Source: Vicugna vicugna
Taxonomy: Eukaryota
Reading direction: 5' to 3'
DNA: 64,000 nucleotides
Assembly (NCBI GenBank): GCA_013265495.1
Contig: MU061542.1
Location: 154,972 to 218,971, forward strand
The position numbers and the translations under genes are program-made. Below are positions 52,208 through 64,000 of this stretch, one piece after another (positions within the stretch are counted from its first letter, which is position 1; every line of letters starts with the position of its first letter). The notes under the pieces were generated by a model, which had not been told where the DNA came from, did no database searches, and saw nothing but the letters and a program-made list of their open reading frames with translations.

Positions 52208-55200
52208 TTTCCTATTTATACATATAGTGGCTAAGATTTACAAATCTTAAAATTCCAAATTTATCCCTCCCCATACTCTTTTTGGCAATCATAAGTTTAC
52301 TATGTCTGTGAGTCTGTTTCTATGTTGTAGATAAGTTCATAGTGTCTTTTTTATGTCTTTCCTTTTTTTTATATATATATTCCACATATGAGTGATATCA
52401 TATGGTATTTTTCTTTCACTTTCTGGCTTACTTCACTTAGAATGATGATTTCAGGTCCATCCATGTTGCTGCAAATGACATTATTTAATTCTTTTTTATG
52501 GCTGAGTAGTGTTCCATTGTTTACATATACCACACCTTCTTTGTCCAGTCATCTGTCAATGGACACTTAGGTTGCTTCCATGTTTTGGCTATTGTATGTC
52601 GTGCTGCTATATACATTGGGGTGCATGTATCTTTTTGAATTAGAATTTCCTTCAGATGTATATCCAGGAGTGGTGTTGCTGGATCATATGATAAGTCTAT
52701 TTTTAGTTTTTTGAGGACTTTCCATATTGTTTTCCATAATACTAGACCAAACTACATTACCACTAAGAGTGTTGAAGAGTTTCCTTTTCTCCACACACTC
52801 TCAAGCATTTACTGTTCGTGGACTTTTTAAATGATGGTCATTCTGACTGGTGTGAGGTAGTACCTCATTGTAATTTTGATTTGCATTTCTCTAATAATTA
52901 GCAATATTTAGCATTTTTTCATGTGCCTATTGGCCATTTGTATGTCTTCCCTGGAGAACTGCTTATTTAAGTCTTCTGCCCACTTTGGATTTGGCTGTTT
53001 GGGGTTTTTTAGTTTCTTTGGGGGGGGTATTAAGTTGTATTAGCTGTTTATATATTGTGAAAATTAAAACTTTTGTCTCATCATTTGCAAGCATTTTCTC
53101 CCATTCCATAGGCTGTCGTTTTGTTTTGCTTATTGTTTCCTTCACTATGAAAAAGATTATATGTTTAACTAGGTCATATTTCTCTATTTTCGCTCTTATT
53201 TCTATTGCCTGGGTAGACTGTGCTAGGAGAGCATTGCTAAGATTTATGTCAGAGAATGTTTTGCTTATGTTTTCTTCTAGGAGTTTTATTGTTTTGTTTT
53301 ATATTTAAATCTTTAAGCCATTTTGAGTTTATTATTGTGTATGGAGTGAATGAATGTTCTAAATTAATTGATTTACATGCTGTTATTCAGTTTTCCAAAC
53401 ACTAGTTCGTGAAAAGACTGTCTTTTCTCTGTTGTATATTTTTGCCTCCTTTGTTGAAGATTAATTGGCTATAGGTGTGTGGGTTTATTTCTGGGCTGTC
53501 TATTCTTTTCCATTAATCCATGCTGTTTTGATTACTGTAGCTCTCTAGTATTGTCTGAAGTCTAGGAGGGTTATTCCCCCAGCTTCATACTTCTTTTTCA
53601 ATATTGCTTTAGCAATTCTGGGTCACTTGTGATTCCATATAAATTTTAGGATTTTTTGTTCTAGTTCTCTGAAAAATGTTCTGGTAATTTGATAGGGATT
53701 ACATTAAATCTGTAGATTGTCTAGGGCAGTAAGGCCATTTTAAGGATATTAATTCTTTAAATCCAAGAGCATGGATAGTTTTCCATTTCTTTCAATGATC
53801 TTTAATTTCCTTAATCAATATTTTGTAATTCTCCATGTATAAGTCTTTCATCTCCTTGGTTGGATTTATTGTTAAGTATTTTATTGTTTTGGATGCAATT
53901 TTAAAAGGAATTGTTTCTTTATTCCTGTTAGTGTAAACAAATGCAACCAACTGTCCTTGGTTAATCTTGTATCCTTCTACCTTGGCAAATGCTTTTATCA
54001 GCTCTAGTAATTTTTGTGTGGAGATTTTAGGGTATTCCATAAATACTATCATGTCATCTGCATATAGTGAAAATTTTACCTCTTCTCTTCTAATTTGGAT
54101 CCCCTTTGCTTCTTTTTCTTGCCTGATTACTGTGGCTAGGACATCCAAGACTATGTTGAATAAACCAGTGAGAGTGGGCATCCTTGTCTTGTACCAGATT
54201 TTAGTGTAACAGCTTTCAGTTTTTCACTGTTGAGTATTATGCTGGCTGTAGATTTGTCATAAATAGCTTTTACTTTGTTCGGATATGTTCCCTCTATACC
54301 CATTTTGGTAAGAGTTTTTATAAATAGGTGTTGAATTTTATTAAATGCTTTTTCCTGCATTATTGAGTTTATCATGTGGTTTCCATCCTTTCTTTTGTGG
54401 ATGTGGTGTATTACATTGATTTACATATGTTGAACCATCCTTGTATCCCTGAGATGAATCCAACTTGATTATGATGTATTATGTCTTTTATGTGCTGCTG
54501 GATTCTGCTTGCTAATATTTTACTGAGGAGTTTTGCATCTATGTTCATTAGTAATATTGGATTGTAATGTTTCTTTTTGGTAGTATTTTTCTGGTTTTAG
54601 TATCAAGGTGATGGTGGTTTCATAGAAAGAATTTGGGGATATTCCCTCATTTTCAATATTTTGGAAGAATTTGAGAAGGACTGGTTTGTGTTCTTCTTTG
54701 TATGTTTGATAGACTTTCCCAGGGAAGCCATTTGGTCCTGGACTTTTTTTGTAGGGAGTTTTTTTAAATTACAGATTCTAGTTCATTTCCAGTGATCAAT
54801 CTGTTCAAGTGGTCTGTTTCTTTTTGATTCAGTCTTAGTGGACCATATGTTTCCAGAAAGTTATTCATTTCTTCTAAGATGTACAATTTGTTTCCATATG
54901 GTTGTTCACTGTCTTAACTTATGGAATTTTTTTTTTATATTTTTGTGGGTTTGGTTGGAATTTCCTGGTTTTCTTGTCTTATTTTGTTAATTTGTGTTCT
55001 CTCTCTTTTCTTCTTGGTAAGCCTGGCCAGAGTTTAGTCAATATTGCTTGCTCACTCAAAAACACTCTTGGTTTGATTGATATTTTTATAATTTTTTTGA
55101 ATCTCTATTTTATTTATGTCCTCCCTGATCATTACTATATCATTCCTTCTGGAGACTTTATGTTTTGCTTTCTCTACTTTTTCTAATTATTTTAGGTGAT

Positions 55201-55869
55201 AGCTTAGTTTCTTTGCTTGAGATTGTTCTTTTTGAGGAAGGCTTGTATCACTTTGAACTTCTTTCTTAGGACGGCTTTTGCTGCATCCATTTGATTTTGT
55301 GTGGTTGTGTTTTCATTGTCATTTGTCTCAAAGAACGTTTTTATTTCTTCTTTCATTTCATCATTGACCTATTGTTGGGTTTTTTGTTTGTTTGTTTGTT
55401 TTTGTAACATGTTATTTAATCTCCATTCTGTCATTTGTTTCCCTTAGTTTTTTGGTGGGTGATTCTAGTTTCATGGCACTGTGGTAACAAAAGATGCTTA
55501 AAATAATTTCTATCCTCTTAAATGTGTTGAGGCTTCTTTTTTGCCCAACTATATGAGCTATCCTAGAGGCTGAACCATGTGTACTTGAAAAGAATGTATA
55601 TTCTGTTTTGGGGGGATGTTAATGTCCTAAAAATATCAACCAAGTCCAACTATTCTATTGTGTCTTTTAGTTTTTCCATTGCCTTTTTGATTTTCTGTCT
55701 GCAATATCAGTACAGTGAAGTTAATAGGATATTAATGTGTCCTACGACTGTGTTTCCATCAATTTTTCCCTTTATGTATTGAGATGATTCTATATTAGGA
55801 GCATATATGTCAACTTGTATTGCTGCTTTAATCATTATTTAGTGCCCTTTTTCTTTATAGTTTTTGTTT
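52208..55869 (-). mobile_element. Intermediate-age L1, degraded ORF2 (mid-endonuclease to 3' UTR), both ends missing
   Basis: Minus-strand ORFs [37 protein letters not shown] and [17 protein letters not shown]. Confidence 0.93.
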
Positions 55870-56313
55870 TTTGTTTTTCCTTGAATATCAATATTGATTT
55901 ATTTAATAATACATCATAAGACAAGCACTTAACAACTTTTTGGGATACAAGCAACATTAAAAATTAAGGAGGAGTGTAATATTTTTTTATTTTTTTTAAC
56001 ATTTTTATTGATTTATAATCATTTTACAATGTTGTGTCAAATTCCAGTGTTCAGCACAATTTTTCAGTCATTCATGGACATATACACACTCATTGTCATA
56101 TTTTTTTTTTTGTGAGTTATCATAACACTTTGTGTATATTTCCCTGTGCTATACAGTGTAATCTTGTTTATCTATTCTACAATTTTGAAATCCCAGTCTA
56201 TCCCTTCCCACCCTCCACCCCCCTGGCAACCACAAGTCTGTATTCTCTGTCTATGAGTCTATTTCTGTCCTGTATTTATGCTTTGTTTTTGTTTGTTTGT
56301 TTGTTTTTGTTTT

Positions 56314-59300
56314 TTAGATTCCACATATGAGTGATCTCATATGGTATTTTTCTTTCTCTTTCTGGCTTACTTCACTTAGAATGACATTCTCTAGGAGCAT
56401 CCATGTTGCTGCAAATGGCATTATGTTGTCGGTTTTTATGGCTGAGTAGTATTCCATTGTATAAATATACCACATCTGGATACAAGCCCAGGGGTGGGAT
56501 TCCTGGGTCCCATGGTAAGTCTATTCCTAGTCTTTTGAGGAATCTCCACAATGTTTTCCATAGTGGCTCCACTAAACTGCATTCCCACCAGCAGTGTAGG
56601 ATGGTTCCCCTTTCTCCACAGCCTCTCCAGCATTTGTCATTTGTGGATTTTTGAATGACGGCCATTCTGACTGGTGTGAGGTGATACCTCATTGTAGTTT
56701 TGATTTGCATTTCTCTGCTAATCAGTGATATTGAGCATTTTTTCATATGCCTTTTGATCATTTGTATGTCTTCCTTGGAGAATTGCTTGTTTAGGGCTTC
56801 TGTCCATTTTTGGATTGGCTTCTTTATTTTTTTTATTATTGAGTTGTATGAGCTGCTTATATATTCTGAAGATCAAGCCTTTGTCGGTTTCATTTGCAAA
56901 AATTTTCTCCCATTCTGTAGGTTGTCTTCTTGTTTTACTTCTGGTTTCCTTTGCTGTGCAGAAGCTTGTAAGTTTCATTAGGTCCTATTGTTTATTCTTG
57001 CTTTTATTCATTCTAGGAGAATATTTTTGATATGTATGTCAGAAAATGTTTTGCTTATATTTCCCTCTAGGATGTTTATTATACCTTGTCTTATGTTTGA
57101 GTCTTTGACTCATCTTGAGTTTATTTTTAAGAATGGTGTAAGGGAGTGTTCCAGCTTCATTGTCTTACATGCTGCTGTCCAGTTTTCCCAACACCATTTC
57201 CTGAAGAGACTGTCTTGATTCCATTGTATATTCCTGCCTCCTTTGTCAAATTTAGTTGACCAAAAGTTTGTGGGCTCATTTCTAAGCGATTCTGTTCCAT
57301 TGGTCTATATGCCTGTTTTGGTACCAATACCCTGCTGTCTTGATGACTGTAGTTCTAGTGTATTGTTTGAAGTCTGGGAGAGTTATTCCTCCAGCCTCTT
57401 TCTTTCTCTTCAGTAATGCTTTGGCAGTTCTAGGTATTTGATGGTTCCATGCAAATTTTATTATGATTTGTTCTAGTTCTGTGAAGAATGTCCTCGGTAA
57501 TTTGATAGGGATTGCATTCAATCTGTCAATTGCCTTGGACAGTGTGACCATTTTAACAATATTGATTCTTCCAATCCAAGAGCATGGGATATCTTTCCAT
57601 TTTTTAAAGTCTTCTTTAATTTCCTTCATCAATGTTTTATAGTTTTCTGTGTATAATTCTTTCACCTCCTTGGTAAGATTTATTCCCAGATATTTTATTA
57701 CTTTGGGTGCTATTTTAAAGGGGATTGTTTCTTTACTTTCTTTTTCTGTTGATTCATCATTAGTGTGAATAAATGTAACTGATATTTTAACATTAATTGT
57801 AGCCTGCTACCTTGCTGAATTCTTCATTCAGCACTAGTAGATTTTGTGTGGCCTTTTAGGATTTTCTATATATAGTAACATGTCATCAGCATATAATGAC
57901 ACTTTTACCTCTTCTTTTACAATTTGGATCTCTTTGATTTCTCTCTGTTGTCTGAATGATGTGGCTAGGATTTCCAAGATTTCCAAGACTATGTTGAATA
58001 GGAGTGGTGATAGTGGGCATCCTTGTCTTGTCCCAGGTTTTAGTGGGAAGCTTTTGAGTTTTTCACCATTGAGTACTATGCTGGCTGTACGTTTGTCATA
58101 TATAGCTTTAATTATGTTGAGATATGTTCCCTCTATACCCACTTTGATGAGAGTTTTTATCATAATTGAGTGTTGAATTTTATCAAATGCTTTTTCTGCA
58201 TCTAGTGAGATGATCATGTGGTTTTTGTCCTTTCTCTTGTTGATGTGATGTATTACATTGATTGATTTGTGTATGTTGAACCAGCCTTGTGTCCCTGGGA
58301 TGAACCCCACTTGGTCATGATGTACAATCTTTTTTATGTGTTGTTGGATTCTATTTGCTAAAATTTTGGTGAGGATTTTGGCGTCTATGTTCATCAGTGA
58401 TATTGGCCTCTAATTCTCTTTTTTTGTAGTGTCTTTGCCTGGTTTTGGTATCAGGGTGATGGTAGCTTCATAGAATGATTTTGGGAGTGTTCCCTCCTTT
58501 TCAATCTTCTGGAAGAGATTGAGAAGGACTGATATGAGTTCTTATTTGTATGTTTGGTAGAATTTCCCAGTGAAGCCAGCCAGTCATGGACTTTTATTTA
58601 TAGGGAGTTTTCTTATCAGTAATTCGATTTCCTTTCTAGTGATCGGATTGTTCAAGTGTTCAGTTTCTTCTTGATTCAGTCTTGGTGGACAGTATGTTTC
58701 CAGAAACTTGTCCATCTCCTCTAGGTTATCCAGTTTGGTTCCATATAGTTTTTCATAATATTCTTGTATGATATTCTGTATTTCTATTTTGTTTGCTGTA
58801 ATTTCTCCATTTTCCTTTCTTATTTTGCTAATTTGTGCTCTCTCTGTTTTCTTCTTTCTAGTTTGACCAGAGATTTGTTGATTTTATTTACTATTTCAAA
58901 AAACCATCTTTTGGTTTGGTTGATTTTTTCTATGTTGTTTATAACCTGTATTTTATTTATTTCTTCCCTAATCTATATAATTTCCTTCCTTCTCCTGCCT
59001 CTTGGGTCTTTTTGTTCTTCTTTTTCTAGTTCATTCAGCTGGTGGGTTAAATTGTTTATTTGAGATTGTTCTTCTTTTTTTGAGGAAGGCCTGTATCACT
59101 ATAAACTTCCCTCTTAGCACTGCCCTTGCTGTGTCTCATAAATTTTGTGTTTGTGCTTTCATTTTCATTTGTCTTAAGGTATTTTTTTAATTTCAGGTTT
59201 GATTTCCTCATTGACCCATTGGTTTTTTAATAACATATTGTTTAATCTCCATGCTTTCCTTTTGTTCTCCTTTGTTTCTCTGTTGTTTATTTCTAGTTTA

Positions 59301-59993
59301 ATAGTATTGTGGTCAGTAAAGATGCTTGAGATAACTTCTATCGTCTTAAAATTGTTGAGGTTTCTTCTGTGTCCAAGTACATGATCGATCCTGGAAAATG
59401 TTCCATTTGCACTTGAAAAGAATGTAGATCCTATTTTTGGGGGGTGTAATGCTCTGAAAATATCCACCAAATCTAATTTTTCTATTGTATCATTTAATTT
59501 CTCTGGTGCCTAGTTTATTATCTGTCTGGAAGATCTGTCTAGTGATGTTAATATGGTGTTAAAATCTCCAACTATGATTGAATTCCCATAAATATCCCCC
59601 TTTATCTCTGTTAGTAATTGTTCTATGTATTTAGGTGCTTCTATATTGGGTGCATATATATTAACGAGTGTAATATCCTCATCTTGTATCACTCCTTTAA
59701 TCATTATAAAATGTCCCTCTTTATCTTTCTTTATGGCCTTTGTTTTAAAGTCTATTTTGTCTGAAATCAGTACTGCAACACCTGCTTTTTTGGCTTTTCC
59801 ATTTGCATGGAATATCCTTTTCCATCCTTTCACTCTCAATCTATATGTGTCCTTCTCCCTAAAGTGGGTCTCTTGTATGCAGCATATTGAAGGTTCTTGC
59901 TTTATTATCCAGTCTGCCACTCTATGTCTTTTGACTGGAGCATTTAGTCCATTAACATTTAGAGTAATTAATGATAGATATGTTGATTGCCAT
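56314..59993 (-). pseudogene. L1 ORF2p (APE endonuclease, reverse transcriptase, C-terminal domain), frameshifted
   Basis: ATG at 59993; ICCIQETH, IIVGDFN, FSRIDH, TDHN (endonuclease); [39 protein letters not shown] (RT); ends ICGI* at 56314; split over several frames. Confidence 0.93.
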
Positions 59994-60393
59994 TTTGAAC
60001 TTATCTTTGCAGTTGATTTGATATTTCCTCTTTGTTCCTTTTTTCTTTCCTTTATGGTTTGGTAATTTTCCTTTGTATTTTCATGGATTTTATTTAGTTT
60101 TTGTGACTCCCTTGTAAGTTTTTGTCTTGTGGTTACCCTGTTTTGTAAGTCTAATAGCCCATTAGGTAACTGTTTTTATTAAACTGATAATAACATGATC
60201 TCAAACTCATCCTACTGAGAATAAAAAATTTAAAAAAGAAAGAAAAAAATTCTATATTTTCCTACCTCCCTCTCCCACTCTCAATGATATGTATGTCTTG
60301 TTTTATAATTTTGTGTTTATTTTATTTGTAATTGATGAGTTATCACCTTCCAGTTGTGAGTTTCTCAGTTGTAGCATCCTGCTGCTTTTCTAT

Positions 60394-61300
60394 TTATAGT
60401 AGACCTTTCAATATTTCTTTTAGCATGGGTTTAATGTTGCTAAACTCTTGTAGCTTTTTCTTGTCTTTGAAATTCTTTATCTCTCCTTCTATCCTAAAGG
60501 ATAGCCTTGCTGGATAAAGTATCTGAGTCTCCACCTTTTTTTTTCATTCAGGAATTTGAATCTATCTTGCCACTCCCTTCTGGCCTGTAGTGTTTGTGTA
60601 GAGAAATCAACTGGGAGAATTCAGCTTTATGGAGGTTCCCTTGTAACTTACTCTTTGCTTTTCTCTTGCTACCTTTAGAATCATTTCTTTATCCTTGGCT
60701 CTGGCCATCTTGATTATGATATGTCTTGGTGTGGGTCTATTTGGGTTCTTCCTGTTTGGGACTCTCTGAGCTTATTGTACTTGGATATCTGATTCCTTCT
60801 TTAAGTTTGGGAAGTTATCAGTCATGATTTCTTCAAAAACCTTTTCAATCCCTTTTGATCTTTTTTCCCCTTCTGGGACCCCTATTATGCAAAGATTGAC
60901 ACACTTTATATTATCCCATATATCCCTTATGCTATTTTCATTAGTTTTTATTTGTTTCTCTCTCAGCTGTTCTGATTGTGTAGTTTCTATTCTCCTGCCT
61001 TCTATGTCACTTATTTGTTCCTCTGCATCATCTAGTCTGCTTTGCACAGCCTTTAGATCAGCTCTCATCTCAGCCAATGAGTTTGCCAATTCTACTTGGT
61101 TCTTCTTTATAGCTTCAATTTCATTTGTAACATACTTTATATATCTAAACACTATCTCATATTTTCTTCAGTACTTTGATCCCTCCTTTTTTGAAATCTT
61201 GATCTAGTAGGCTATCAATGTCTATTTCATTGATTATTCTTACAGGGGATTTCTCTTGTTCTTTTAAATGGGAATAGTTTCTCTTCTTCATCTTGCTCAT
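60394..61300 (-). pseudogene. L1 ORF1p (coiled coil, RRM, CTD), disrupted
   Basis: ATG at 61300; ORF 60772-61152 ..SRLDDAEEQISDIE..ENSIRDIWDNIK..NLCIIGVPEGE..FEEIMTDNFPNL; ends LKGLL*. Confidence 0.9.
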
Positions 61301-62095
61301 ACCTCTCTGGCAGTGTGGTTTATGGAGTATAAGTTATCTATTGTTGCCCTAAGGAGTTTATCTGTCTAATGCCTATGGAGGAATAAAACTTAGAAAAGGA
61401 AAAAAAAAGAGAGAAAGAGAGAGAAGGCATTTTAAAATAAGGGAGAAAAAAAGGTTTGATAACAGTGTATAATGATTAATAGAAGAGCAAGTTGAAGCAG
61501 AATTTTTAAGAATAATAAGAATAAAAATATTTTTAGAAAATTTTAAAGTAATTAAAACTGGGGATATATATAATTGTTTAAGGAGTAAAAATTAAAAGGG
61601 CAATAGAAAATAGAACAGGGAAAACAGATTTTAAAAAAAAGGGGGGTCAGTGTTCTCTTGGAGACTGTGTGCTTTTAATGTGAAGTCTTTCTGTATCTTT
61701 GTCCTGTTTTGGAAGCTCAGCTTGCTGTTCCCAGAGGCCCTCCATTGGCGCCCTTGTATGTGCTGCTCCCAGTGCTAGTTGGCAAGCAGATCGCACCCCC
61801 TCCCAACACTGGTTCAGGTGCAGCTCTCCTTTGCTGTGGGTGGGCAGATCACTGCCCCTCCCAATGCCACAGTCAGATGTTGCAGACTGGCGAGGTAGTA
61901 GGGTGGGTCATGCCCCCTCCCAGCACCACGGTCAGGGGCTGCATTCCTGCCCGAAAGGCAGGGGACCACCCACCCTATCCTGGCGTCGGTTGCTCCGCTT
62001 CTCTGTGCTGCTGCACGCTCCACCTCAGGTTGGCGCTCTGCAGGGAGGCTCGGGGAAGACCGAGGAATAGCCCTGTCCCTGCTCCGATGCCCCCA
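61301..62095 (-). promoter_or_regulatory. L1 5' UTR / internal promoter region (partial)
   Basis: GC- and CpG-rich 61700-62095 upstream of ORF1, followed by a T-rich (sense-strand) tract at 61380-61640. Confidence 0.7.
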
Positions 62096-63094
62096 GTAAA
62101 TTGAAGCTAAATTTATTGGGTTGGGAATGGACCAAACAAAGTGTTGCCAAAATGAATACAAGAGAGTTAAAATCTACAGAAATAGAATACAAATTATCAC
62201 ATTACAATTATAAATGTCAGATAAATTTTGAATATGTAATATGTAAAAAATGATTTACACCATAGAAATGATAATTTTGACCAGGAGTATAAATATCTTG
62301 CTCAATAATGAATTAAAGTATTATAATCAAGTTTAGCTCACCTTTGAGAACTTTTCTATTTTTATCATGAATATCAAAAACTTTGAGTCATTCACTGTTC
62401 CCTGAAATTTCATTTGTACAGCTATGCCATTTCAGAAAGTGTTTGCTTAGTTTTCTCATCCAGTTTTCTTTATTAATTCCTATTACTTCAAGACACAATT
62501 AAAACTTCAACTCTGTCATTAATACTTGTCCTCAGAAGTAACAGGTGTAAAAAAGTGAGAGGAATGTGAACATATTGTGTGGAAAATCATCAAAAATAAT
62601 GTCACTTGTAATGGCTTCATCTCCCTCATGGCTTTAATAAAATTTATATTTCAATGCCCCCAAATCATTATATTCAGTTGAGTTATCTAAGATGAGTCCC
62701 ACTCTTATCAATCCAACCCTTCCTTGATATTCTCAACTATATAACTCCTAGACTCCAAACTCAAGAATTCCAAGAGCAAGTTTATAACTTTATCTCAGCA
62801 AATTTTCCTTCTGAAACAATATCTTCTTTTCAAAATATAAAAGAAAACTTTCATTGATCTACTTAAAAATAATTAAAGAACTTATCAATGTTCATAAGAT
62901 AAAGAAAAAAAGATCTCTGTTAGTTTTTTGTGTGCTCTGGTTCTTCTTTCACTTACTAATTTTATTTCATGCCATGCTTCCCTTTGTTCATGTTACTGCA
63001 GTCATACTGACCATTTTACTGTTCTTCAAATGCACATGCTTATTTCTAGTTGATGGATGCTGTACAAGATATTCCCTTTAAGAAAATTTTTCTT

Positions 63095-64000
63095 GAGGGG
63101 GAGAAGCCAAGATGGCAGAGTAGATGGACACTCTTAGCTTTTCCTCTCCCACAAATACACCAAGGGAGATGCTCACAGAGCCACTCATTCACTCAGAACA
63201 CCTGCTGAACTATGACAGAACATCATCTTTTTCAAAACAAAAAAATTAATCACAAATCTGTTAAGAGGAAAGAAAAAAAGAAAAAGGAAATTAGTGCACA
63301 GCCAGTCCCACAGGGAGTGTGCAGCAAAAAAGGAATAGCACTCTTATGCTGGGACACCCCCTCTCTGATGGAGAGGTCAACAAGGATGAAGGGGGAACTT
63401 CTGAGGCTCAGATTTGTACACACCAGCCCTTGGCCTACAGAACTATGTGAAAAGGGCACAAAGTGTCCCTGTGTTCCTCAGCCCTAGATGCAAGCCAGTG
63501 TGGGTGGGCCAGGACTGGCTGCCCAAGCTCAATGGAGGACTGGGGCTGATAGCACAGAGGCAACTTTAGGGGATTGAAGTATGCTGTGCACCATGGCTGG
63601 GAAAGTATACAGAAAAGAATAGCCTGGGTCCTCTATAAAAAAATAAAGAAGAAGAAAGGAAGAAAGAAAAAAGGAAGCAACAGTTCTAGTGTGCATTGAG
63701 GGGAGGGGTGCAATGAGGCTGGATAATAGCTTTTTTTCTCCACAGACCTGCAGCACCATCTCTGGTGTGTTCTCAGGAGAAGAGAGGTGGGACTTGGCCA
63801 TACCCACCATATACACTAGTGGATGGATCCCATGCAGAGATGGGTTTAAAGCCTGAATCCATATCTGGGACCTCCTCAACTTCATAGGCAGATTTGATAT
63901 TTGTTTATAGCCCCAGGCAGAGGGGACTGTTTTGCTCTGTGGTGCCTTTGTGAAGCTATGCCTCTAAGACAAATGAGCAAGGAGTGGACTTCTGACACAT
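63095..64000 (+). mobile_element. 5' end (5' UTR) of another L1, running off the window
   Basis: gagggggagaagccaagatggcagagtag is a canonical L1 start with YY1-type AAGATGGC (63109-63116), preceded by an endonuclease-like site ttt/aagaaaa. Confidence 0.85.

Larger units (their letters stand above)
55982..62095 (-). mobile_element. Near-full-length young LINE-1 (about 6.1 kb), inactive
   Basis: Poly(A), 3' UTR, ORF2, about 400-bp inter-ORF, ORF1 and CpG-containing 5' UTR in the correct order. The extreme 5' end (CAAGATGG start) and a TSD are not seen. Confidence 0.96.

Noticed and set aside
20473..56160. Recurrent 'ttttattgatttataatc..' motif as a CRISPR-like or novel repeat
   Set aside because: All copies are 3' ends of one L1 family, irregularly spaced, with poly(A) tails
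55982..62095. Active, retrotransposition-competent L1
   Set aside because: Both ORFs are disrupted, ORF2 has an internal deletion and the 5' terminus is missing
61699..62161. Antisense ORFs in the L1 5' UTR as an ORF0 analogue
   Set aside because: The two antisense (plus-strand) ORFs start at TTG codons, several frames are open simply from GC content, and there is no resemblance to primate ORF0

Overview
This is AT-rich mammalian genomic DNA, not prokaryotic. I recognise no host gene, RNA gene or CRISPR array. By my rough coordinate sum, about 55-60% of the window is LINE-1 of several ages, mostly on the minus strand. It includes a near-full-length young but frameshifted L1 (55982-62095), a young 5'-inverted L1 (20473-22604) nested in an older L1, and several short 3'-end fragments. 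The remainder holds old eutherian repeats (L2, MIR, MER53, MLT1/MER21/LTR16-type LTRs, an ERV1-type LTR) and a degraded ERV-L pol relic (about 26020-27010) that the ORF track misses. The L1 3' ends and the absence of recognisable Alu, B1, Bov-B/Bov-tA, PRE1 or Can-SINE copies suggest a cetartiodactyl, possibly a camelid; this is inference. Almost all supplied ORFs are L1 remnants, their antisense shadows or chance ORFs. I found no evidence of a new multi-gene system. The notable signals are mechanistic footprints: a precise twin-priming inversion, a 31-bp L1 insertion with TSD, a locally templated inverted insertion, a probable 3' transduction and an L1 with a swapped 3' tail. One CpG-retaining unique element at about 12.56-12.74 kb may be functional. 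Repeat subfamily names come from recalled consensus sequences and need Dfam/RepeatMasker confirmation.
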